From contig CAUYUJ010000314.1 in NCBI GenBank assembly GCA_963575745.1, positions 186,001 to 250,000 on the forward strand: DNA of 64,000 nt. Reading direction: 5' to 3'. Below are positions 1-12,590 of this stretch, one piece after another. Made by a program: the position numbers and the translations under genes. The notes beneath the pieces were generated by a model. It saw only the letters and a program-made list of their open reading frames with translations. It did no database searches and had not been told where the DNA came from. Origin of the DNA: Prorocentrum cordatum (Eukaryota). Numbering within the stretch: position 1 is the stretch's first letter; the number at the start of each line of letters is the position of its first letter.

Positions 1-1155
1 CGACATCAACAACATCATCACCACTGTAATAAGCATCATCATCATAATCATCATAATCATCATAATCATCATCATCAGCATCACCATCATCACCATCATA
101 ATCATCCCCGTCATTAACATCAGCATCATCATTAGCCTCATCATCATACTCATCATGCTCATCATCACCATTGCCATCGTCATCGTCATTACAATGATGT
201 TTGCCGTCGGCATTGTCATCATCATCACTGCCATCGGATATCGTCATCATTCAAACTCATCATGCTCATCGCCACCGTTCTCATAATCAAAATCATAATC
301 AGCATCATCATCACCATCATCACCATCATCATCAGCACCATCCTCATCAGACTCATCATCAGCATCATCATCATCTTCATCGCCATCATCGTCGTTATCA
401 TACTCATAACCATCATCTCCTTTATCATCATACTACTAATCAGCATCGCCATCAGCGTCATCGTCGTCATCTCCATCATCATCCTCGTCGTCGTTGTCGT
501 CGTCATCATCATCACCATCACCATCACCACCATCACCACCGTCATCACTATCATCATCATCACCAGCATCACTATCATCACCACCATCACCATCATCACC
601 ATCATCTTCACCATCGCCATCAACACCACCACTAGCAGCATCACGACCACCATCACTATCACCATCACTATCACCATCACTATCATCACCACCATCATTA
701 GCATTAGCATCATCATCATCATCGTCGCTGCCGTCACCATCACTATCATCACCATCATCACCACCACCATCGTCATCAGCACCATCATCACCATCATCAT
801 CATCAGCAGCATTACCACCACCATCACCATCACCACCACCACCATCACCATACCATCACCACCACCACCACGATCATTATCAGCATTATCATCATCATCA
901 CAACCATCATCATCATTGACATCATCAACATCACCTTCCACCATCATCATCATCATCACCACCATCATCACCATCACAATGACCACCATCACCATACCAT
1001 CACCACCACCACCACCGTCACCATCATTATTACCATCATCATCACCACCATCATCATCATCATCATCATCCTCGTCGTCGTCGTCGTCGTCGTCATCATC
1101 ATCATCATCACAACCATCAGCATCACCATCACCATCATCATCATCAGCATCAGTC
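1..1155. repeat. Degenerate (CAT/CAC)n trinucleotide microsatellite
   Basis: Continuous catcat/caccat array; produces poly-His/Ile/Ser pseudo-ORFs. Confidence 0.97.
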
Positions 1156-1279
1156 TCAGCATTGTCCTTGCCTCGAAGCCGAGGCCTCAACCACGCGAAG
1201 CTCGGCTGCGCCAGGTCACGGGACCGCTACATCAAGACGTATCCGCAGGATTGGCTTCGGGGGCGCTTGCGCTTTTTGC

Positions 1280-1745
1280 GTGGGGTCAGGTGTTTTGGTT
1301 CTGGTTTTTTTGTTTTTGAGGGTATTGCTTTTTTTTATTCTTCTTTTTTTTTTTTTTGTTTTTTTTTTTCTTTATTTTAATCTTTTTTGTCTATCTTCGT
1401 TTTGTTCTTTTTTTTTCTCTTGTTGTTTTTTGTTCTGTTCTTTATTTTGTTTTTTTTTTTTTATTTTCTTTTTTGCTGCGAGGGGTGGGCGTGTTGGTTG
1501 GCGATGGGGGGGGAGGCAGGGAAGGGACAGGAGGGAGACGGAGAGGGAGAGGGAGAGGGAGAGGAGAGATAGAGGGAGAGGAGATGGGGAGGTGGAGAAG
1601 GAGCGGTAGGAGCAGGAGGATGGAGGAGGAGGAGGAGGGGGAAGGAGGCTGGACGCAGTCGGATGTGGAGGAGGAGGAGGAGGAGGAGGAAGGAGGAGGA
1701 GGAGGAGGAGGAAGTGGAGGAGGAGGAGGGGGAGGAGGAGGAGGC
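1280..1745. repeat. T-rich tract followed by (GA)/(GAG)n purine tract
   Basis: Low-complexity composition seen directly. Confidence 0.9.
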
Positions 1746-3003
1746 GGCGCAGCTCATGAGGGAGCTCGGCTGCCGAGGCCCCGCGGGCATTCTCGAACCG
1801 TTTGGGAGTACCCTGCGCGAGGCAGGCCAGCTCCTCGGCCCTGGTCGCAAGGCCTCAGCGGAGGAGGCTCGGCGGGAGCTCATTGTGCGCCGTGCCCCTG
1901 ATCTGGCCAAGCGGTGGGTCAGCGCGCGGGCAGGGCGCAGGGCTGCGGCACTGCGGCACATCCCGGACCCACGGTCTGCGCGGAGGTTCGTGATGCTGCT
2001 CGCAGGCGGTCGGCACGGCGGGAAGCTGGCAGACACTGGACCCCTGGAGTCACCACCCACCAAACCACCCCAACCCAACCCGAAGGCCTAAATTTGCCTT
2101 CCATTTCCAGTTGGGGGGGTCGGGAAACGTCGAAAAAACACATGTGGAACCCTTACCCCCCCCAACCCGAAATCTGGGTCTTCGGGTTGGGTTGGGGTGG
2201 TCTGGTAGGTAGTCATGGAGGTGTCTGCTTCTTCGGGCTCTGAGCCCGATGCGAAGGTGGAGCCGCACAAGATGAGGCGGACCTTCCAGAATGTGTGCAC
2301 CATGTCGAGCGGCGGCGGCGAATACGTCGAAGAGCGCTTGAATGACATTGAGGGCTTGGTCATCCAGCTTCGTGCGGACTTGCTGCAGCAGGTGGCCGTG
2401 GCAGACAGCTACACCAGCCAGCAGGAGGCGCACACACTCATGCTCAAGGAGGTCGCGAAGAAGGAGCAGGACTGGGACGCAAAGGAGCAGTCTTTCCTGA
2501 CCCAACTTGCGACACCCAGCGAGCAGCAGCAGGATGCGAAGGAGGAGCGTGCTGCACTCAAGATCCCCGTCACCAGGCAGGAGCAGGCCACGCAGTCGCT
2601 CACGGAGGACGGAGATGCCAAGCAGCAGCCGTTATTGTCGGAGCTCACCACGCTTGGTGAGCAGCTGCACACCGCAGTCAAGGATATGTTTGCGCAGGCA
2701 GCTCTCACCTCGAAGCAGGAGGCGTGCGAAGGCGAGTCGCAGATTGATTCTGCATACGAAGAGTGCGCAGTGGCATTTAGACATCTAGAGTCCAAGCAGC
2801 TCAGACAGCAGGTGCAAGAGGTGGCCACACTTGGAGCTACTGCCCGTGATTTGGAGTCGCAAAGGGAGCAGCTCCATTTTAACAATCAGTCGAACAGTTT
2901 GGCTTCGGATTGTACGCGTAGTGGGTGTAGCTGTGCATCCACGCTTGCTGATTCAAAGAGCGATGCCAGACGCAGCAGATTCTTGTCTGGCTGGCAGGGG
3001 TGA
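1741..3003 (+). pseudogene. Coiled-coil ORF of unknown function interrupted by a MITE (possibly a retroelement ORF1/gag remnant or host exon)
   Basis: ORFs 1663..2091 and 2215..3003 share a frame; removing 2050-2220 gives ...GPLE|VSASSGSEPD... and then heptad-like E/Q/K/L/A-rich sequence. Confidence 0.5.
2050..2215. mobile_element. 166-bp MITE, family M1 copy 1, 5-bp TSD TGGAG
   Basis: Perfect 22-bp inverted core ACCACCCCAACCCAACCCGAAG (2064-2085 / 2180-2201) inside ~36-bp imperfect TIRs; TGGAG at 2045-2049 and 2216-2220; second copy at 35870. Confidence 0.93.
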
Positions 3004-3589
3004 TCCCTCGTCCAATCCCCTGTCTATAGGGTCTGTAACCCCAGCAGAGTAGCTAGCCGAGGTCTCCAGCTCACGGCACTCACACTCCCACACCCTCCCA
3101 GTCCCTTCCCTTTTGCCCACGCTTATTGTGCGGATCTTACACAAATCCTCGATCTGCGACCGCGTGGGTGGCAATGCCCAGCACGAGCGCTGATTGTTCG
3201 CATGCCGTTCAACGCGTAAACTGACGCCATGGGTCAGAGATGCTGGAGAAAATGCCCCATCGGGCGCGCGTGGGCCGCATTGGGGGGCGGGATGGGGGCG
3301 GGAGGAGGGTCCAGGGGCAGGAGAGGGGACAGCGTGCCGCGGAGGGGTCCTAGCGTGACGCGGGTCTGTTGGTCACGCCGCCGGCGGGGGCGCCCAGTCC
3401 GCGGGCGGCAGGGGCGGCGTAGGCAGGGGCCCCAAATCCCAAGGCTGGACCTAAACGGTGCTTTTTGTGATTTCGTGGGCCGTTTGCGTCTCGACTTCGT
3501 TTTGCGGTAGAGGCGGATTCGAGACAAAAACAAGGGAAAACGAAAACAAAACGAAAAAGAACAACGCCGTTCAGGTTCAGAAAACGGGA

Positions 3590-4335
3590 CGAAGTGCACG
3601 CGCGCACGTCGACGCGCGCGCTTGCGGGGATCTTTCAAAAACTTTGGGTTTCGTCGGGTTTGAAAGTCGAATGTCCCGAAGCCATTTTTTGGCATGGTTT
3701 TGCAACAGCAATTTTCAAAGCAAAAACCTGCTCCCGCGCTCCTGCGAGTTCTTAAGAAAGCCACATGCTTTCCAACATTTTCAATCATTTTGGCCAAACG
3801 GGCCTCCCGCGCCGCATGTCGACATCATTCGAACGCCCTTGCGCCCTTGCGCGCGTGCTGGGGGTGGCACGATCCGTGTCAACCAATCCCATGCCGGCCA
3901 TTGTTGTGCGTCGGCCGCGCGCGCATGTCGAACTCTTTCCAAAACCGTCATCACCGACGCGAGGACGCCGACATCGTCGTCGGCGTGATCAGCGTCGGCG
4001 CCTTTACTGGCCTTGCCGTTGTCGATGTCATCATTGTCACCAGCATCGCTACCACCATCATCGTGTACCATTGTCGACGTTGCCATGATATCGCGCCCGC
4101 CCAAGTCGCCGACTCGCACTGAAGTGCCCGTTGGGAAGTGCCCAGTGGTCAGCGCCACCGCGGCCGCGTCGGTCGCGCCAATCTAGCTGGCCGCTTCGCG
4201 CGCGAGCATGCGCGGGCCGGCGCGGCCTCGGGGATGCACCAGCCAACGCCGAACACTCATCGCAATCGCTGCCGCATGGGTTTTGCAAGGCAAATTGCGG
4301 GTGGGTGGGTGGGATGGTTGCACGAGCAGTGGACA
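3590..4335 (+). repeat. Dispersed repeat, diverged inverted copy at ~57375-58115
   Basis: Shared blocks such as gcactgaagtgcccg...gtgcccagtggtcagcgccaccgcggccgc and gcgggtgggtgggtggg match the reverse complement of 57375-57660. Confidence 0.8.
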
Positions 4336-5708
4336 TGACAACGCACTGCGAACAGATATCAGTTGCACCCCATATATTTCCGCAGGCCAGAAGATGTTCC
4401 TCTTGAGCTCAGCAGGCAACACAGGTCCCCGCGGTGATTGTCGAACTTATCAACGTTATGGGGAACGTGGGTGGACGTGCGCCCGCTGTGCCGTTCGAGC
4501 TACCCAATGTTACGGGGGGGAGTATGGGAGTGGGCAGGGTCCACAATGACGATCGAGCCTTCCATGGCTTCCATTGTTCTGAAGGTGTTTTGGGAGTGGG
4601 CGAGACTTCGCAGTGGCGCTCGAGGTGGTGTTGCATATGGCGATGATGGTAAGGAGGAGGAGGAGGAGGCGGAAGAGAAAAAAGAGGAGAAGAAGGAGGA
4701 CGAGGAACAAAAACGAGTCCTCATCTTCGCATAATCATAGCAGCACGTTTCACGTGCAGGGCACAATGGGTCTCATTTTCAATGGGTCCGCGAGGTGAGT
4801 TTACGCTATACAATCATTTCAACGAAATAAAAAGGAGCCATTGCTTCCCACCCTGGAGAGTGATTCCGCCAAGCGGAACATAGGATCCGCTAGATTTTCG
4901 CGAGCCCGAAACATTATCCAATCTATCCCGTTGTGTCTACACGTGCCTCTCCAATCTGTGTATGCATATTCAGAAATAAATACGTGCGCCGCTGGTGTCT
5001 TGCTTCTTGGCCTGCGTCACATGTGCCTGATTCTGGCGCTCCAGCCTCCAAGTGCGAAGGGCACCTCCACGTCAAAACCTTGAGGATCTTGGAGCCGTGG
5101 CACCTCTTCAGTCCATCTGAATACTGCCTAGAGCGGTGTTGGGGCTTTTGTTGTCCCTTACCACGTCTCCCTCGAACCATCCCCTACCTCTCCCTCGTAT
5201 TCGTCCTCGTCCATCGTCCTCTCCTGCAGTTTTCATGGCTCCGTCCGCACCGCCATCCTCGTCAGCTGCTGCCGCTGGTGCTCTTTCCTTGCGCGATGAG
5301 GAGGAGGAAGAGCAGGAGGAGGAGGAGGAGGAGGAGAAGGAAGAGCAGGAAGAGGAGGCAGGAGGAGGGAGACAGGAGGAGGGGGCAGGAGAAGGGAGAC
5401 AGGAGGAGGAGACAGCAATAGGAGGAGGTTTTCTAGGAATTCCTTCGGATCCCATGGGATCCCCTGGGTTCCTAAGGATCCAGTTGGATTCTGCGCTGGA
5501 GGTTTCTGTAGGACCAGCATACGACCATCCTCTTCCCTCTTATTCCTTGTCCTGCCTTTCCTCCTCTTCCTACTCGCTCCTCTTCCGCCTCCTTCTCCTC
5601 CTCCTCCTCATCCCCCTCCTCCTCCTCCTCCTCCTCCTCCTCCTCCTCCTCCTCCCCCCCTCATGATCAGGAATAGGAACATGGAGGAGGAAGAGGAGGA
5701 GGAGGAGG

Positions 5709-5808
5709 NNNNNNNNNNNNNNNNNNNNNNNNNNNNNNNNNNNNNNNNNNNNNNNNNNNNNNNNNNNNNNNNNNNNNNNNNNNNNNNNNNNNNNNNNNNN
5801 NNNNNNNN
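5709..5808. other. Assembly gap (100 N)
   Basis: N run. Confidence 1.
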
Positions 5809-7400
5809 TTCCATATGACTGACTTAAGCAAGGCGTCTAACATCATGACGTCACGCTACGTATACAAATGGAAGTTTGTCAAGAACGAAAAGGGCGAAAT
5901 GGAAAGGACGATCAGGTTACGCTTGGTACTCCGTGGCTTCATGGACCTTGAAGCCTTTGATGTCGAAACCTTCTCTGCACGGCAAGGAGGTCAAGCCAGA
6001 GACTGCTCGCAAGTTCTGCTGCATGCAACAAAGCTTGGATCATCGCTTCCCTGGACATCAACATGGCTTTCTTGAAGGGACTGACCTATGGCGAGCTCGC
6101 CGCGGCAACGGGCGAGAAAGTACGTGTGGTGTGTTTCACACTACCACCTGGGTCAGCAGCTGTCCTTCGCACACTGCCAGGCTTTGAGTCATATGACGAA
6201 TCAAAGCATTGTCTCCGGTGTCTGAAACCGGGGACGGGCACGAAGGATGCTCCCAGGGCATTCTCGCTGAAGCTCAGGTCCATCACTAGGAGCTTTGGGC
6301 CACAGCCTACTTCATACGACGAAGAGTTCGAGATGAGCCCAAACCTCTTGACAGCCAAGCACGTTGATGACATCAATATGACTGGGAAGGAAGAGGCTAT
6401 TGACAAGTATGTCAAGTGTGTTGAAGATACGTTTGGGAAGTGCAAACTGAACAAGCACACATTCACAAACTGTGCCGTTCGGTATAACAAGACCGATGAT
6501 GGAGCGTCACTCTTGATCAGGACGAATACATCAAACAGCTTCGTCCTATCACACATCCAGAACTCACAGGAGCTGATCCTGAGAGCAAAGCGACAAAGAC
6601 GATTTCTGATATGTTCGTCAGTCTTCGTGGCGCTCTAGCCTATGCGTTGATCACGCAGGTATGGCTGATGGTCTATGTTGTCTCACTACAACGTATCCAG
6701 GAACCGACAAACATTCAGGTACGACGACTAAACGCGGTTACCAGAAAGCTACAGGCAGGTCCGAAGAAGATCGTGTATCAAGCTATGACCCCAACAGGAG
6801 AAGTCGACCTGCATAGCGATTCTGGCTATCGTCGTCTCAACGGAGATGAAGACGACGAAGTCAAAGGCTATGGTATCCGCGGGGCTAACCTGCTGAGGCG
6901 TGGCCACACACAAGCGGGGAAACCCGTCGTGCACCTGGTGGACGCATACTGCAAGTCTCATCGACTGCAAGTGCGTTCGAGCTACTCTGCGGAAACACTG
7001 GCAGCAGCCCACAACTTGGAAGACTGCTACCCGACCATTGTAACGCTCCACGAGCTACACTCGGGACCATTGACCCCCACACAGTTAAAGAACATATTGG
7101 TAATGGGTGGTCTATGTATCAAAGTCACTCTGACTATTGATGCCGAGTCTGTCTTCAAGTCTTTGTCTAGCAAAGATCTGAAGAAGCCCACAGAATGTAC
7201 TCTGCTTGGGCATATCAGCTGGATCCGCAGATGATGGAACGCGGAATCGTGGAAAGCGTCCAATGGTGTGACACGCGGGATATGACTGCCGACGGTCATA
7301 CCAAAGGTAGTATTGACCGCGCGTTGCTCCTACAAGTAATGGCCGGCCAGCAATCCTTCAAGCACGAGCTGAAGAAACATACGCCGTATAGGGCGGGCAG
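5809..7400 (+). mobile_element. Ty1/Copia pol 3' part (RT + RNase H), frameshifted, 5' end lost in the gap
   Basis: SRYVYKWK...IRLRLVLRGFMD; AFLKG; LKPGTGTKDAPRAF; HVDD (6360-6371); RNase H motifs LHSDSG, RSSYSAETLAA, IDAESVF, WCDTRDMTADGHTKG, spread over ORFs 5815, 6063, 6611 and 7195. Confidence 0.92.
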
Positions 7401-7641
7401 GTCGTCTCAGGACGGCCTTGCCTCCCGAGCCAGCGGGGAAACCCGCGGGCAGGTGCGCTTTAGTAGCGAGGAAACTCGCCGGTAGCGAGGCTACTCGCGC
7501 GCCCTTTCCTTGTAGGCAGCCGCTGCTGCTTAGCACTGTTTTTCCGCATAATGTAGAAGTGCGGTACCTGCTCGTCTCCTCCCCCTCCGACTTTAAACGG
7601 AAAAGGTTAAAGGCGAGGTATAAATCGAGCATGTACCGCTG

Positions 7642-7659
7642 CCGTGCCTGGCTCAAGCC
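7642..7659 (+). other. SL-like motif in the 3' non-coding (putative LTR) region of the Copia element
   Basis: CCGTGCCTGGCTCAAGCC, nearly the same as the SL variant CCGTAGCCTGGCTCAAGCC at 26629; TATAAA at 7619-7624. Confidence 0.45.
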
Positions 7660-8381
7660 GGGCCCGGCCAAATATATGACTGTGCCTCACTGAGGCGCAC
7701 GACTTGCATCAGAGATCGGAAAATACCTTTTCCATTGACGAAGCCCATCCTATCCTTTACTCCAGATCCCATGCTTCGTCTTGCACTCTTGCTCATGCGA
7801 TATGAGCCAAAGCCTGGGATATGGCAACGCTTAAAGCGTAACACATACCTAAGCTTACCAGCTTGTTTTCGACTAGACTCCGCCCCCTTCTGTTCAGCGA
7901 CAGGATCTTGGCCCCACAGGGGCCTCGGACGCGCGCCCGCCGCGAAGGGGCAGGGCCCATGCGGCTCTCTCTGGGGGCCTGTAAAACTCTCATCGAGACA
8001 CGTGCTTGAGATGGATCGGTCGCGGCTGCCCGCACAAGCAAGTGCCAGATACAGGCTGGGCTATATAGCCGCCTTCGCCCCCCCCCCCCCCCCCCCCCCC
8101 CCCCGGAGGATTACACTTAAAGGTGCGGCTCTTAGTTGGGCAGCTGAGCCCTGCTAGCTTTAAATGTTGCTGCTGTGCTATGGTTAGTTGGGTGTTGCCC
8201 ATGCCTGTCGCTTCGTGTCCGAATGTAGTTGCTGCGTAGACGCTTATGTTGCAGACCTTCCCCTGGCGTCTTTTCCTGCCGCCCCGATGCGGTTGGGGTT
8301 GCAAAGGTAGCGCACGACGTGGCGCCGCCGTGTGGAAACATGCCAGATTTGACGGTGTAGGTTTAGCGTGTGGACGAGCAC

Positions 8382-8403
8382 TCCGTTCCATATCTGGCTC
8401 AAG
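8382..8403 (+). other. Degenerate spliced-leader relic
   Basis: TCCGTTCCATATCTGGCTCAAG: 22 nt, with 5' TCCGT and 3' TGGCTCAAG matching the dinoflagellate SL. Confidence 0.65.
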
Positions 8404-8417
8404 CTCGAAAAGCATTT

Positions 8418-8507
8418 CGGAGGAGAGCTGCTGCCGCAGTTGGTAGCGGAGCGGGTTGCCCCGGAGGAGAGCTGCTGCCGCAGTTGGTAGCGGAGCGGGT
8501 TGCCCCG
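8418..8507. repeat. Perfect 44-bp tandem duplication
   Basis: cggaggagagctgctgccgcagttggtagcggagcgggttgccc x2. Confidence 0.95.
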
Positions 8508-8599
8508 CTGAACGGCCCACGGGGGCCTAGGCGAGGCGCCGTGCGGCGGCCTGCCTCCCGGCTCTCCCGCGCCCTTGGCGAGGGCCCGGCTCTGGGGTC

Positions 8600-10740
8600 C
8601 GACAGGCGTGGCATCCGCGGCATGCCCGAGGAGGGCGATGACGACAAGGACGCGTCGCTGGCAGTGGTTCCAGGAGCGAGCCCAGCAGCGGCAGCAGCAG
8701 CGACTTCGTCAACGGGGGCTACAGCGACGCCGGGGATCACGACCGAACAGCTGGCGGAGCTAGTGAGAAGCGTAGTCTGGGAGACTACGGGGGCACCAGC
8801 GGCGCCAGTGACAGTGGCGACCCCGAGAGCAGAGACAGCAGCAGACCGCGAGACCGATCCTTGGCACCGAGGCTGCGACCCCTGGAAGAAGAACATTGCC
8901 GGCAGCACTGCCGGCTACCAGGCAGCAGCTCCCGTGACAGACGGCGAGGACGATCACCCGAAGAAATCGAACACCAATTCGTGGCAGGAGTCTGGGTGGC
9001 ATAATTGGTCGAGCGGCGGTGATTACCCATGGTGGCGAGATGATTGGCGTCAGCCGTCCTGGTCAGGTTGTGGCAGAGGTGACTTCTCGGATCCACCAGT
9101 CTGGCCCAGGTGGAGTCATTATCGTCAGTGGCTCCCGAAGTTTACGACGTCGGGAAACCAAAACAGACGTGACAGTGCGGCGCCGATCAGAGAAATTCCT
9201 CAAGCTGTTTGGCTGGAACATGCAAGCCCGATTAGATGATATGAACGAGATCGTGCTGACGGGTAAGGGCTGGATCGACGCTGTGCTACAGAGAATGGAC
9301 ATGATGATTGGCGAAAGGGAGGGCGACGACCTTGGCGCGCTGGCCGCAAGGCACTGTTCGAGGCGGTCGGAGAGCCCAACGAGTTATTCAGTACGTCAGC
9401 AGGCAGGAGGCCCAACCCACGGAAGCAGAAGGCAACGATATGTGGCTCTCGACGAGGCTGGAGGGCTTTCTTCTCGAGGAGGGCGCCGGCCTCACGGCCC
9501 AAGGCATGCAGAAATTCCGTACCCTCACCCAGGGGCGCCTAGAATACCAGAGCGTGGCCTGGGCCCTGAGATAGACTCGGCAGGATCTGAGTGGCTGCTT
9601 CCAGGTAGGACACCTGCCAGTTCGATGTCCGCGGCCCTTGGCACGACGGACGAAGGTCTCGGCCATGCCGACCAGTCTGCTCCCTCCTCCTCTTTTCCCC
9701 CGGTTCGGTCGGAGGCTGAAGGTGGTTCGGAGGGGAATGACGAGTCTGAGTATGACGAAATGTTAGGAAATCCGTCAAGAGGGAGACGAGGCCGCCCTGA
9801 TGGCAAATATCGAGGACTCGGACTTGTGCGAGGACCAGATCGACGGTGCCTTGGCCATGATTGCGAGCCGTCCGACGGGCAGGACATGGAATCACATCAC
9901 GGATATCAAACGTGCCGCCTAGAAAGATCGGGGGTACTACGGCGGCCGAGGAGCAGCATCGCCGTCGGCGCGTGCTTTTCCAGACAACCGGCAAGGTCTT
10001 GAAGGTCGCGGTGATCGAGGCGACCGGGTTCGACAGCGTCCGAGACTCACCATCGAGCAGCAATTGAAAATCACCAAGTGCAGCACCTGTCGCCAGAAGG
10101 TCACTGGAGCCGCGGGTGTCCGAATAATCGCAGCGCGGACGCGGCCCAGGGCAGAGGGGGCGACGACCGTCAGGGATTGTCCGCGTGCTCTTTCATCGGG
10201 TTCGAGGGCCAGGAGGACTGCCGTGCCCGGGCGACCCTGGAGGCGAAGGACGCCTGGCGAGGTCTGCAGGAGGAGATCACGACAGACAGCAACTTCCTGA
10301 TCACCAAGACGACGCAGGCTCTGGTGGACCTGTGAGCTGGGGGCGATCTCGTCGGCGTCCAAGCCCTGAGCGGGGAGGCGGCGGCGCTGGCACATCTCGG
10401 GCTCCAGTGCGTGGAGATGCCGACGCAGTGCCGCAAGCAATGTGCTGCCCATGGCGCGAATATTACCGCTGCTGTTTTGTTTCCGCTGTTGGGCGGGGTG
10501 CTCGTCGAGACCGCCGTCCTGGCGGGCGACGATCCGCGCGTCCTGAGCGTGAGTCTGCTAGACTTCTTGGCCTGCGTCCCGGGCCCCTCGGCCAATGACG
10601 CGAAGCTGGGGGCCCTGCGCGCAGTCGCGAGGGTGGGCAAGCTCAGCCCGGGCCACCGCGTGGCAGATATCGCGCGGCCTCTGCGGCGCTCAGTGTCTGT
10701 TCTGAGCTCGTCCCTCCAGCGCCGTCCGTTTTAAAAGCAG
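8600..10740 (+). mobile_element. Decayed Copia-type gag-protease
   Basis: W-rich N-terminal region and DPPVWPRWSHYRQW; gag-like helical segments across frameshifts; CCHC knuckle CSTCRQK/GHWSRGC (10079-10119, one frameshift); ALVD protease-like motif near 10320 followed by VLAGDDPRVLSVSLL. Confidence 0.75.
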
Positions 10741-12299
10741 GACTCGTTTGAGTTCGCCGGGGGCCGAGTCACGGAGATGCCAGACGCCCTCCTCTTCCTT
10801 GTCCCGTGCCTCATCGCCTTCAGAATCGGGTGGTCGACGCCAAGTCGAGATTTTGGGCGCGACTCGTTCCGAGCAGTGGCCGACAGTAGGACGAGTTATT
10901 CGTTGAAGGCGTTGAGGGCTCTGAAGGACCTCGAGAGGGGGCTGGTCTGCGCGTTCATCTGGCCCCTCAGGTCACAGGCCCAGACTGCCGGCGCAAGATC
11001 GCGGGTCGAGGCTCCAGTGCCGCCGGAGCATGCTAAGTTGCCCAACGCATTGGGGGAGACGGGCCTTCTGGGAACTCTGCAGATCCCCGCGGCTCCTCCC
11101 TCATCCTGGTGGGCTTCGTCGCTGTGAGTTGTCTGACCGCGGCCCATTTGAGCTCGAAGTTCTCAGGGGTAAATTCAGCCTCTCACGCTCAGTCTCCCGA
11201 CTTGCTACGCGTCTCAGTTCGGCACGAACATGAGGTTAATCTCAGTGGCCGCCACCTTGACGACGGCGCTGACGGTGCCAGGAGCAGCAGCTCCGGGCAA
11301 TAACGCCAGGAAGCCAGTGTCTCACGAGGCCGCGCAGGAGGTGCCGCGGCGGCTTCGCAGCATTCAGAAAGCGACCATGAAAACGGACGGCGGGAGCGCC
11401 GACCAAGGCGCGGCCGGGAGCGTGACTCCGTCGGGCACGTTACCGCCAATCGAGGGGGGTGCCCTAGGTTGGGCACGGCAGGCAGCGGCAGCGCCGACGC
11501 TGCTTTTAGCGGCGAGTCCGCCGACCGTCCCGGGACCACCGAGGAAGCAGCCGCCGCCAAAGTTAGATCCGAGGGCGGTGCCGCCCACGCTTCAGGCGCT
11601 GCAGCCGAGCGGGCCTCCGAGGACGCCGCCGCCTGTCCCAGACTGTCCGCGTGCAGGCGAGAGGACCGAGGCCGGGCCCAAGGTGTTGTCCCCGGTGGCT
11701 CCACCACGATTATGGGCAGCTGTCCTACGGACCCTGGGGAACGGGTGACTCGCTGCCAGGCGCTGGCCCAGCGGCCCCAGTTGCGGGTTTCGCGCGACGG
11801 GGCCCCTGGCTTGAGCGCGGCCGTATCTCCAGCAGCCAGCCGGGCGGAGTTCCTTATTTTGGACCAGCCGCCCTGCCAGCGCCCGCGCGCGGAGTTGACG
11901 GCTGCGCGCTTTGCGGGTGGGTGCGGTGTACAAGCTGCACGATTGGTGGCGACACGCCGCGCGGCATATGGCGGCCATAGCGCAGGAGGTCGTGCACCAA
12001 GCCGTCCAGGACCTCGTGGCAGGGCACTCCGGGGCCATCGGGGTGCTGGACAGAGCTGGCTTCCAGGCCCGCTGAACTTGCAGCGGCGCCCGCGGGGCTT
12101 CGTCGCAATGGCCTCGCCGCACGCGGGCGGTTCATCACCTTCTACTTCCGCTTCGCCCACGCAGTCTCCTTCCTCGTCCTTCTTTACGCCGTTCCCCCCC
12201 CCCCCCGCATATCAACTTCACCGTCATCATCAGCAGCACCAGTGCCAGCAGCACGCATTTTGAGCAGCAAGTACCAGCGAGCAGTTCCGATGCTTCCGG

Positions 12300-12590
12300 A
12301 GGGTGGTGATGATGAAGGTAATGATGTTGCTGATGGTGCTGATGCTGAGCTGGTGATGATGGTGATGGTGCTGCTGCTGCTGATGCTGATGCTGATGATG
12401 ATGTGGAAGAGGACAGGTATGATGCTGACATCGAAGCTAGTGGTGATGACATCACGACGGTGATGGTATCATGAGGATGACACTTGTGTTGCTGATGATG
12501 ATGCTGCTGATGATGATGATGATGATGTTGATGATGATGGCTATGACGAGCCTGACTACGAATATGACAACGATTACGAGTATGACCATG
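12300..12590. repeat. (GAT)n degenerate microsatellite
   Basis: Seen directly. Confidence 0.9.

Noticed and set aside
201..1380. Long poly-His/Ile/Met/Asp ORFs (also 24519-26783, 38423-40156, 49223-51801, 61267-62560)
   Set aside because: Stop-free translations of trinucleotide microsatellites, open in most frames on both strands
3675..3695. SL-like ccgaagccattttttggc
   Set aside because: Lacks the TCAAG end, lies in a dispersed repeat, and is not conserved in the copy near 58020
4340..5200. Possible retroelement remnants on the minus strand (TCVAC..EEHLLAC, ENLADPM)
   Set aside because: Motifs are too short and interrupted by stops to support a call
7400..8380. Defined LTR pair, PPT or PBS for the Copia elements
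   Set aside because: No second LTR copy in the window (5' end lost in the gap), so boundaries cannot be supported
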